A stretch of 64,000 nt of DNA, taken from Basidiobolus meristosporus CBS 931.73. Lineage: Eukaryota > Fungi > Basidiobolomycota. This document shows positions 1 to 9,290 of the stretch, one piece after another. A program made the translations under genes and the position numbers. The stretch lies in assembly GCA_002104905.1 (NCBI GenBank), contig MCFE01000295.1, positions 1-64,000 on the forward strand. The letters run 5' to 3'. Every line of letters starts with the position of its first letter. The first letter of the stretch is position 1. The notes beneath the pieces are model-generated. The model was not told where the DNA came from. It worked only from the letters and a program-made list of their open reading frames with translations, and searched no databases.

Positions 1-60
1 GTAATGACCTAGATGACCAAGTTAGGAGAATATTCAAGTGTAATTACGAATTTTTTTACA
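1..60. mobile_element. Terminal fragment of a copia family-A LTR, cut by the window edge
   Basis: gtaatgacctagatgaccaagttaggagaatatt...tttttaca aligns by eye with the LTR end at 35182-35242 (gtagtgatctaaatgactaagttaggtgagtatt...tttttacaaca). Confidence 0.6.
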
Positions 61-833
61 ATAGGATTAACCGAGAGTTCTGCAAAATTTACCAGATTAG
101 TAGGCAGAACACCAAGCTAGAACAATTTAATTGTTCATGTGGGTGGATTGAATTCAATAAACTTAAACTTAACAGCTGTCAACATTGAAGCATTTACTGT
201 TAGGAGTCCCACATCTCTGTTCAAATGACGATAATCAGTTTTTGTCTTGGTATGCAAAAGTATACCAATAGAGCATAAAACCCAGGTGATGGAATCATGG
301 TAAAGCAATCCACTTCTGATGGCGTATGTTCGTTCGATCATGAAACCATGAACGAAAATAAAAATTAGGAAATTTGAAGCCCCAACAGGGACAGTTGTAT
401 ATTTGGAGCAACAACAGGGACAGTCATTGTATAAAGCTAAGGATCTGTACGACAGATCAATGAGCAGGTGTAAGACTTATGGCTGATTGTTTAAATGAAT
501 CTCCTTTTCATCATTTCAAACTAAATGAGATTTTCCGGGATATTTCCCCCCTTTTCCTACGACCTCGATTGCATGCTTACTGCCTCGCGTAGTAAGAATG
601 GTCAGATAATGGCCTGGATGCACACATTGCTTCCATTGTGAACTTGCACCGATGGAAGGGAAAAAATCGGCCATCAGGAAGAATGTCCACAATGTCGGTT
701 GTGGGGGAATCTGGCATCGAGCTTACGGAACTAAAACCCGTGGCATACGTTATCAGGGGAAGAATGCGTCTTAGGGGAATAGGAATCAGGAGACTAAGGG
801 GGAAGCGAAAAGCACCGATTTACCCTCGGTCAC

Positions 834-840
834 TATAAAA
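834..840 (+). promoter_or_regulatory. Probable TATA box of the Gly/Asn repeat gene
   Basis: TATAAAA about 115 nt upstream of the ATG at 955, followed by a pyrimidine-rich leader. Confidence 0.5.
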
Positions 841-954
841 GGGAGAGATTTTCGTTGGAGTGACCGCACCGACTTATTATCTGCATAATATTCTTTATCT
901 AGATACCCGAACAATCTCTTCTCTTTACTTTAATTTACGCTACTTTAATCCACT

Positions 955-3621
955 ATGAAATTCTCCGCACCAAAACTCCTCTGCATCCTGTCCGGCGTTG
1001 CTGCCATCAACTCCGCCACCATCGATCGTCGCTTTTGGGCACGAAGCAATGGCGCTTACGATGTGACCGATGTGTTCAACGGTGGTGACTCCGGTGGTGC
1101 AAGAAACGGTGGTGCGCCCGATTATGCAGGAAATGGAGCCGGTAATGGCGGTGGAGGAAACGGTGGAAACGGCGGCTATGGCCCAGGCAATGGCGGAGGT
1201 AATGGTGGTGACAACGGAGGGAGCGGTGGTAACGGAGGAGGCAATGGTGGTGCCGGAGGCTATGACACCGGAAATGGTGGCAATGGTGGCGACAATGGTG
1301 GAAACGGTGGAGGAAATGGAGGAAGCGGCGGCTATGGTCCTAGCAACGGAGGAGGTAACGGTGGTGACAACGGCGGCAATGGAGGAGGCAATGGTGGTGC
1401 TGGCGCTTACGACTCTGGCAACGGCGGTGGTAATGGTGGTGACAACGGTGGAAGCGGCAATGGAGGTAGCGGCGGTTATGGTCCTGGTAACGGCGGAGGA
1501 AATGGTGGCGGTAACGGAGGAGGCAATGGCGGTGACAACGGAGGAAACGGAGGTGGCAATGGCGGCGTTGGTGCCTACGACACCGGAAATGGCGGTGGCA
1601 ACGGTGGAAATGGCGGTGCTGGTGGTTACGGTCCTAGTAATGGTGGTGGAAACGGTGGTGACAACGGTGGAAACGGAGGCGGCAATGGTGGCGCTGGATC
1701 TTACGACACTGGAAACGGCGGTGGCAACGGCGGTAATGGTGGCGACAACGGTGGTAACGGTGGAGGCAATGGCGGCAATAACGGAGGAAATGGTGGTGCT
1801 GGAGCTTACGATACTGGAAACGGTGGTGGAAATGGCGGTAACGGTGGTGACAACGGAGGAAATGGTGGTGGTAATGGCGGTGCAAACGGTGGTGATAACG
1901 GAGGTAACGGCGGCAATGGAGGTGGTAATGGCGGTGCTGGTGGTTACGACACTGGAAACGGCGGTGGCAACGGTGGTGACAATGGTGGAAATGGCGGTGG
2001 CAATGGTGGTGCCGGCGGCTATGGCCCTGGCAACGGTGGAGGAAATGGAGGAGACAACGGTGGTAACGGCGGCAATGGTGGTGGTAACGGCGGTGCCGGA
2101 GCATACGACACTGGAAACGGCGGAGGTAACGGCGGCAATGGCGGTGACAACGGTGGAAATGGTGGTAGCAACGGCGGCGCTGGCGGCTATGGTCCTGGTA
2201 ATGGTGGAGGAAATGGCGGCGATAACAGCGGCAACGGCGGAGGTAATGGTGGTGCTGGAGCTTACGACACTGGAAACGGTGGTAACGGAGGCGGTAATGG
2301 TGGAGACAATGGTGGAGCTGGCGGCTATGGTCCTGGTAATGGTGGAGGAAACGGTGGTGATAACGGAGGCAACGGCGGCAATGGAGGTGGTAATGGCGGA
2401 GCCGGCGCTTACGACACTGGAAACGGCGGCGGTAACGGTGGCGACAATAGCGGAAATGGCGGTGCAGGCGGCTACGGCCCTGGTAACGGTGGAGGAAATG
2501 GCGGCGACAACGGCGGTAATGGAGGTGGCAATGGTGGCGCTGGAGCTTATGACACCGGAAACGGCGGCGGCAATGGCGGTAACGGTGGTGACAATGGTGG
2601 AAATGGCGGTGGCAACGGCGGTGCAGGCGGCTATGGCCCTGGTAACGGTGGAGGAAATGGTGGCGATAATGGTGGCGATAATGGTGGCGATAATGGTGGC
2701 AACGGCGGAGGTAACGGCGGGGCTGGCAATGGTGGTGCTGGAGCTTACGACACTGGAAACGGCGGTGGCAATGGCGGCAACGGTGGTGACAATGGTGGAA
2801 ATGGTGGTGGTAACGGTGGCGCAGGCGGCTATGGCCCTGGTAACGGTGGAGGAAATGGTGGCGATAATGGTGGTAACGGCGGTGCCGGCAATGGTGGAGC
2901 TGGAGCCTACGACACTGGAAACGGCGGTGGTAACGGCGGCAATGGCGGAGACAACGGTGGTAATGGAGGAGGCAGCGGTGGTGCTGGTGGCTATGGTCCT
3001 GGTAATGGTGGAGGAAACGGTGGTGATAACGGAGGCAACGGCGGCAATGGAGGTGGTAATGGCGGAGCCGGCGCTTACGACACTGGAAACGGCGGCGGTA
3101 ACGGTGGTGACAATGGTGGAAATGGCGGTGGCAACGGCGGTGCAGGTGGCTACGGCCCTGGTAACGGTGGAGGAAATGGCGGCGACAACGGCGGTAATGG
3201 AGGTGGCAATGGTGGCGCTGGAGCTTATGACACCGGAAACGGCGGCGGCAATGGCGGTAACGGTGGTGACAATGGTGGAAATGGCGGTGGTAACGGCGGT
3301 GCAGGCGGCTATGGCCCTGGCAATGGCGGAGGAAATGGTGGCGATAACGGCGGAAATGGTGGTGGCAATGGCGGTAACGGTGGTGACAATGGTGGAAATG
3401 GCGGTGGTAACGGCGGTGCAGGCGGCTATGGCCCTGGCAATGGCGGAGGAAATGGTGGCGATAACGGCGGAAATGGTGGTGGCAACGGTGGAGCTGGCGG
3501 TTATGGTCCTGGCAACGGTGGAGGAAACGGCGGTGGAAGCGGTCAAGAACCTGACTGCGATGATAATGGAGCCGGAAATGGTGGTCATGGTGGAGCTTAC
3601 AATGCCCATTCGGACTTGTGA
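955..3621 (+). CDS. Secreted Gly/Asn/Asp/Tyr tandem-repeat protein, 888 aa, intronless
   Basis: N-terminal signal peptide MKFSAPKLLCILSGVAAINSA, a dibasic RR site, then about 830 aa of GNGGGNGGDN spacers with alternating GAGGYGPGN and GAGAYDTGN motifs. TATA upstream, AATAAA near 3693. Confidence 0.9.
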   Translation: MKFSAPKLLCILSGVAAINSATIDRRFWARSNGAYDVTDVFNGGDSGGARNGGAPDYAGNGAGNGGGGNGGNGGYGPGNGGGNGGDNGGSGGNGGGNGGAGGYDTGNGGNGGDNGGNGGGNGGSGGYGPSNGGGNGGDNGGNGGGNGGAGAYDSGNGGGNGGDNGGSGNGGSGGYGPGNGGGNGGGNGGGNGGDNGGNGGGNGGVGAYDTGNGGGNGGNGGAGGYGPSNGGGNGGDNGGNGGGNGGAGSYDTGNGGGNGGNGGDNGGNGGGNGGNNGGNGGAGAYDTGNGGGNGGNGGDNGGNGGGNGGANGGDNGGNGGNGGGNGGAGGYDTGNGGGNGGDNGGNGGGNGGAGGYGPGNGGGNGGDNGGNGGNGGGNGGAGAYDTGNGGGNGGNGGDNGGNGGSNGGAGGYGPGNGGGNGGDNSGNGGGNGGAGAYDTGNGGNGGGNGGDNGGAGGYGPGNGGGNGGDNGGNGGNGGGNGGAGAYDTGNGGGNGGDNSGNGGAGGYGPGNGGGNGGDNGGNGGGNGGAGAYDTGNGGGNGGNGGDNGGNGGGNGGAGGYGPGNGGGNGGDNGGDNGGDNGGNGGGNGGAGNGGAGAYDTGNGGGNGGNGGDNGGNGGGNGGAGGYGPGNGGGNGGDNGGNGGAGNGGAGAYDTGNGGGNGGNGGDNGGNGGGSGGAGGYGPGNGGGNGGDNGGNGGNGGGNGGAGAYDTGNGGGNGGDNGGNGGGNGGAGGYGPGNGGGNGGDNGGNGGGNGGAGAYDTGNGGGNGGNGGDNGGNGGGNGGAGGYGPGNGGGNGGDNGGNGGGNGGNGGDNGGNGGGNGGAGGYGPGNGGGNGGDNGGNGGGNGGAGGYGPGNGGGNGGGSGQEPDCDDNGAGNGGHGGAYNAHSDL

Positions 3622-3828
3622 TACTGCTTGTTAGCAAATTAGTTACCTCTATCCATATGAATACTCCCATTAATCCTTGTATTTTAATCCGGAATAAAAC
3701 AACTATAGCCTTATGCACATATGATGTCTAGAATTTTTTACGTGTTTTAATGTGGTTACTATACATGATGGACTGAGTATTATACAACAGGTAAATTAAT
3801 CGCGCGAATGCCAGCGATATGAAATAAC

Positions 3829-4861
3829 TCAAGTATATAAGTAGCACCGTAAATCCCGCCTTGGCCGATATGCTGGTGGCAACTCGTCTCTGGATGCGAC
3901 TATATCGTCGTAGTCTGGCAGAGCGTTTGCCAACGCATACTGTGCAGCAGACTGAATAATGATCGGTAACTCCAGCTCGACATAGCCATGCTTACCACCT
4001 CTATCCATGAATTTTACTCTGACGTGCACACAGTGCTTGACCGAGATGAACCCAGTTGAACAATGTGTGTTGGCACTGGATGGAATGACCAGTCTCATTT
4101 TATCAGATTGTGCTGGGCTCATCAACATAGCTTTCGAAAGATCAAACGTTTCCGTCAATGTCACCCGAGTGCCGGGGTGCTTGTATACTCTGGTTTCCAT
4201 AAGGTTAAGATCCACCTTGATCACTTGCGCGCCAGGCTCGATCTGAAAGCTCATGGCTAAGGCCAGCGCTTCGCCGGCCAAGTACACAGACTTTCGTACA
4301 GAGAGGTTGTATTGAACCATATGCTTCCAATGGCCCCTGGCGGAGTTTTTCAATCGACCGAAGGCCTCATAATAACATAGCCGCTGTATCTTGAGCTCCT
4401 GACTGTACCTCAGGTTCGTGTGAGGAAAAGGGCGAATCACAATCGCGCTCAGGGTGTAGGTGACCTTACCATGTGGTAAGTCTATCGATTCTGGTAGATC
4501 ACCCTTCAACGGTAAATTAAAGTCAAAATGATGCTCCTGTGTGTCGAATTGATACGATGGGTTGGAAGGGGTGGAGGAGTCGAATAATACTAGGGTCCTA
4601 TGCACCACCGTTGTCTTGTCCCCGTGAACGTCTGCTCGGAAGTAAGTAGATTAGCAATAAGGTCACGACGCGTGTAATTCACCAGGTTCTACCTTGATTA
4701 GTATCGACACTAATCGTTCCGTGTAATTTAAGAGTGATCTGCCTTACTTTGGTTGCTTTGGAGGGTCGGAAGACTACGGTTCCCGACACAATGGTCCCAG
4801 AGCAATCATCTGGAGAGCCGCGCAGAAATACGTTGTCATCATTCAACCGGATGCTCAACAT
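3829..4861 (-). CDS. Alpha-arrestin 1, 323 aa, 2 exons (intron 4632-4692)
   Basis: Arrestin_N start (IRLNDDNVFLRG...SGTVVF...VRQITLKLHG), FDFNLPLKGDLPES...YTL motif, C-terminal LPDY and LPPAY motifs. GT...CTAAT...AG splicing restores a 972-nt frame. Confidence 0.9.
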
Positions 4862-5371
4862 GATGAGGAACCCGCGACTCGATTCCCATTGGGGAATTTA
4901 TATATTGTTGGTGAAACGCTGCTGCAGGAAGATATTTCACCCAAAAGCCAATCAAAATACGTGACAACGATCGATGGTACGCGACCGGTGGATCTAGATT
5001 GGGCTATCTTTCTATTTCATCGATATCGAGAATCAGACCCATCCCGTCGGATCAGGAAAATTCGATTTTTCATCTTTAATCCGACACTATTATCCAACAG
5101 TAACTTTAGATAAAACCATGCTATTCAACAGTAACTTTAGACAAAACCATGCCGTCTAAACCAAAAATCACGCCGTCTAAACCATAGTGCTGATGGAAGT
5201 GAGGGTAGCACCGACTCAAAGACTCAGGCGGCGGCACTGGTTTCAATGATTGTGGTGACCAACTCTGATTAATAATACCATCTTGGTGTATGTGACAACT
5301 GGAACGATCACACCTGGGATGACGTCAGTGTCAGGTATAATAACAGTTCGCTGACGTTGCCATCGCACAGC

Positions 5372-5845
5372 ATGTTATTTTCCCACTCGTGTATTTCCAA
5401 AGCTCTAGCAAACCCTAGGCTGGTCAATTTGACCTCTAGGGCGTTTCTGTCTAGCCGTGTGGTCGTTTCAACCACTGAGGGGTACCGCCAAGAAGCGCAA
5501 GTGCAAGCACATCGCCTGACGATCGACGAGCCCGTCCAGTTAGGCGGCACTGATTCTGGACCTGATCCTATCTCCACTGTAGCTAGCGCTCTGGGGGGAT
5601 GTACCAATATCACGGTGCAAATGTACGCTAAAAGGAAGGAATACCCTCTAGAGAAGGTAATCACCGAAGTGCTTATTTTGCAAGACCCTGCCGCTAGCAA
5701 CGCAAAGATGTTTCAAAGGGACATTCAGCTTATTGGAAATGAACTGAAGCCGGAGCACCGCGAGAGGCTATTGGCTATAGCGAATAAGTGTCCGGTCCAT
5801 CGTATCCTGGAGAATTCCACCAAAATTGTTACCAATCTGAAGTAA
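5372..5845 (+). CDS. OsmC/Ohr-family (YhfA-like) thiol peroxidase with a predicted mitochondrial presequence, intronless
   Basis: DEPxxLGGTDxGPDP, ALGGCT...MYAKRK and ANKCPVH motifs, with both catalytic-type Cys. First ATG at 5372. Confidence 0.88.
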   Translation: MLFSHSCISKALANPRLVNLTSRAFLSSRVVVSTTEGYRQEAQVQAHRLTIDEPVQLGGTDSGPDPISTVASALGGCTNITVQMYAKRKEYPLEKVITEVLILQDPAASNAKMFQRDIQLIGNELKPEHRERLLAIANKCPVHRILENSTKIVTNLK

Positions 5846-6039
5846 ACAACTGCATTTCCACCCCTCGACAGGTTGGCCTTTTCCAAGTTAAAACTGGTCA
5901 ATGCGGAATATATTAGAGTCGATTATGAATACAAGAGTTGTGGATAGTATGTAGCGACGGGGGATATTTACATTTAGTATACAACGGTTCAGGGGATTCT
6001 TTGGCTAAGGGTTGTTAGGTTAAGTTGACGGGATAGGAA

Positions 6040-7131
6040 CTAGAATGCTTGAGCCAGAACGGGACCAACAATAAGCGGGGTCTTCTCCTCATAAGGGGGC
6101 GGCCGAGCTTCGGTTTGGTTGGCTGGATTATGAGTCGAGCACGAGAAGTGCTCATAGCTAGGCGGAGACTGAGAAAGTTCGTACTGGGCTTCGGAGCGGA
6201 TGGCAAAGGGAATGCTGATATAGAACCACCAGCGGCGTTTATAACTGTCGTGGAGCTTTACTTTGGCCACCAACATATGAGAAACCTCGATCACATCGGT
6301 ACGGCAGTCGGGTTGAGCCGAATCAGGGACTTGAATCATCATTGAATACTCCGCCAGTCCAGCGCCAAATTTTGGTACGGGTCGAGTGATCTCACACAAC
6401 TTCTCCGTCTCGAACTCCGGGCGAAGCGACAGATCAGAGAATCGGGCTACTTCTTTGATGGATAGAGAAATCTCGGAGATGACGAAATATGCGTCGTGAA
6501 TGAAAAAGGAAAACTGAAGTGGGACCGTATCACCCGGGAAATATTGACCTCTGGGGATGGTGGCTGTATAACCAAGACTATTAGCCCATCGGCCAACACA
6601 TGAGATTTTCCCCGCCATATCTCCACTGAAATCGTAGTGAGCTCGTTGGACTTTGACCAACTCCGTTTTACGAATGTTTCGCAGAAGCGAAGGCCGCTCA
6701 ATCGTAGCTGTGAGTCGATAAGAGATTCGACCGTTTGGAACATTCACCGACACCGGGTCGTCGCCCTTAAGGGGATACTCGAAAGGGAATTCGTAGGATT
6801 TATCTGCTTGTAGGGTGTGCAATGAATCCCCGGGGCTCAAGAAACTCCATTGATGTTCGAGAAAGGGCACCCGCTGCCAGGTTTCTAAAAAGCGATTCGT
6901 ATGAGCAAAACATATTCGGCAGAGCCGGGAAGAAATCCAAATACCTCGAAGATTCTTAAGTTCGATCATGCCGGTAAAGTGGAGACTGACTGACTTTGCT
7001 TTGAGAGCTTTACTTGGGGTGATGATGAGCGTGCCATAGAGTACACTTCCCACTGATTCCTCTGGCAAGCCATGAAGAATAACCGGGTCATCCCGCAAGC
7101 GGATTTCAATCATACTGTCATTTGAATTCAT
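6040..7131 (-). CDS. Alpha-arrestin 2, about 343 aa, with a probable 60-nt in-frame intron (6885-6944)
   Basis: Arrestin fold motifs (YEFPFEYPLKGDDPVS...ISYRLTATIERP) and C-terminal PPSY and PPPY. GTATTT...GCTCAT...TTTAG lies at the same phase-1 position as the introns of arrestins 1 and 4. Confidence 0.9.
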   Translation of the reverse strand: MNSNDSMIEIRLRDDPVILHGLPEESVGSVLYGTLIITPSKALKAKSVSLHFTGMIELKNLRGIWISSRLCRICFAHTNRFLETWQRVPFLEHQWSFLSPGDSLHTLQADKSYEFPFEYPLKGDDPVSVNVPNGRISYRLTATIERPSLLRNIRKTELVKVQRAHYDFSGDMAGKISCVGRWANSLGYTATIPRGQYFPGDTVPLQFSFFIHDAYFVISEISLSIKEVARFSDLSLRPEFETEKLCEITRPVPKFGAGLAEYSMMIQVPDSAQPDCRTDVIEVSHMLVAKVKLHDSYKRRWWFYISIPFAIRSEAQYELSQSPPSYEHFSCSTHNPANQTEARPPPYEEKTPLIVGPVLAQAF

Positions 7132-7973
7132 TAATAGCTAAGCATACAGAATAGGGTGGAGTGTTAGTGATGCCACCGTCAGCAGTGGCATATCCTTTTA
7201 TACGCTGCAGTTTCTCCAACCCCAAGCTTGGATATTACATGAGCGAAACTGTGAAACAACCAGTGTGAAATTGGGTTTTACTGAAATCAGTAGGAGTGAT
7301 TCTATTAATGTTGAGTGGGAACTAGAATCCATGTGTCACGTAGAGAGATAAAGAGCAATGAAATATACAGCTCTATTCGCACTCAACAATATGGGCCAAA
7401 TCTGTCAATGATGACAATGGCGAAAACATTGACTAACCATAGACCGGAAGAGAAACTAGTTCACCATAAACCGGAAGAGAAACTAGTTCATTTCACTTTC
7501 GTGGCCCCAATAAATCTGATCATGTGGGCTCGATCTACACTGTCAAAGTATTCCAGTATTTCCAATTCCTGGATGATTCACACAGTTAGAGAAACATGTG
7601 CTATTCGGAGTGTGCCTAATCGAGCAATGGTAATACACTGCGAAAGTATACCAGTACTTCCAATCAAGAATTGCCAATTCCTGGATGATCTACCCATTTA
7701 GAGAAATATGTACTATTCGGAGAGTGTGCCCAATCTAGCAATAGTATTTTCCTTTACTGGGTGCGAGGGAGTGGCCAGAGACCACATTTATGGACATCAA
7801 CTCCATTGACTGCATAAAATCATCGCCACTCTATCCTCTATAGTGCAAATCCCGAACCAGTGTCACATCACGGCATTCAGATCTTCGATGGAAGAACCTC
7901 TAGGTAACGAGGTGCCATTGCAACTTTGGATAAAAACCGTACATCTTTCTTCATCTCGCATTTTTCTCCACCA

Positions 7974-8924
7974 ATGCGGCTGTTGGATTTAGTTCCTCTC
8001 TCCCTTACATTCTCGCTTCTTTCTAATGCCGAGCCATCCCGTTTCACGTTTAGCCAAACTTGGTCGCCCAAATCTCTAAGCCTAACGGAGTGGAATTACA
8101 ACAGCGGATCAAAAAGCTCCTTCAATAGCGTGTCGACAACGAATGATCCATTCAGCACAGATGGGGGGAAGTGCTATAGTGTATTTTTTGCAAAGCAGAG
8201 CTACGGCGTGGATGGCAACAATGATAGCGGAGTGCACGCGAATTTCAAACCATTGCAGGATCAACATGCCAACAGAGCGATGATCAGCTACGAACTTGCA
8301 TTCCCAGATAACTTTACTTGGGTATTGGGAGGGAAGCTTCCAGGCATCTCTGGTGGATGGGGAGATCTAGGGTGTACCGGTGGTCGTGAGGCCAACGGTC
8401 ACAATTGTTTCTCTGTTCGTCTGATGTGGCGTGAGGGTGGAGTTGGGGAAATCTACACATATTTACCCAGGGCCCTCAACAAAAACCTCTGCTCTAGATC
8501 CGATGTTGTGTGCAATGCCGATTACGGAATCTCTGCTGGTCGAAACTTTCAGTTCCGAACCGGAAAATGGATGAAAGTGGATCTATTTGTGCAGCTAAAT
8601 ACCCTTGATAGGTCCGACGGGTACATGAAGCTTTACATGAATGACAGGTTGGTCATAGACCTGTCTGGGCTGATATATCGCTCTGAAGACACCATGTACG
8701 CTGACATGCTCGCCTTCAGCTCATTTTTTGGTGGCTCTACCCCTGCCTATGCGCCTCCCGCTGACACGAACGTTTTCATCAAGAATCTCCGCTTTCAAAC
8801 TGACCAGGACTACCTGGACCATAATCTAATAACGTTAGACAGCTCGTCAGGCACCCCCTCTCCTTCAACAGCTCTCTTCGGTATTTCACTCCTTTCTGCA
8901 CTGCTTTTATTGAGTCTGAATTAA
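7974..8924 (+). CDS. Polysaccharide lyase family 14 (alginate/glucuronan lyase-like), secreted and probably GPI-anchored
   Basis: Signal peptide from ATG 7974. FPDNFTWVLGGKLPG and FSVRLMWREGGVGEIYTYLP motifs typical of fungal PL14, FFGGS motif, Ser-rich linker and hydrophobic C-terminal tail. Confidence 0.85.
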   Translation: MRLLDLVPLSLTFSLLSNAEPSRFTFSQTWSPKSLSLTEWNYNSGSKSSFNSVSTTNDPFSTDGGKCYSVFFAKQSYGVDGNNDSGVHANFKPLQDQHANRAMISYELAFPDNFTWVLGGKLPGISGGWGDLGCTGGREANGHNCFSVRLMWREGGVGEIYTYLPRALNKNLCSRSDVVCNADYGISAGRNFQFRTGKWMKVDLFVQLNTLDRSDGYMKLYMNDRLVIDLSGLIYRSEDTMYADMLAFSSFFGGSTPAYAPPADTNVFIKNLRFQTDQDYLDHNLITLDSSSGTPSPSTALFGISLLSALLLLSLN

Positions 8925-9290
8925 TTCACATATATTAATATACCTTCTTGTCATACATCACTTATTTACCATTGGCTCCATCCTATTTCTTGGCCGAGTA
9001 TCAGCAACAACTATACAGCTCAACCCTCCACCTAGTGTAATATTCACAATGAAACACAAATCAATTTATTCTAGTGTAGAGCATATTGAGCCTGTTTGGG
9101 ACAAATCCCAACTGGTGCATCTCTTCACGCTAATGAATGTTGGCATATGTTAATTAGATGCATCTTACTACAATAAATAACGAGATCCAACCATCTCATT
9201 GCGATATCAAGACGCCCACCCCTTAGTTAAACCCAGGTGCTGTTGTACACTACGAAATCGATTCTTTACTCCGACAACACTGCGTTTTCG

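Noticed and set aside
135-341. 68-aa minus-strand ORF in AT-rich DNA next to the LTR fragment
   Set aside because: No ATG-supported start and no recognisable motif; probably repeat-derived or intergenic.
940-3718. Three additional very long ORFs (889, 854 and 694 aa) overlapping the repeat gene
   Set aside because: Shadow frames. GGN/AAY/GAY/GCN codon repeats rarely create stops in these frames, and the products have no signal or domain. Only the 955 frame has a TATA, a good ATG and a signal peptide.
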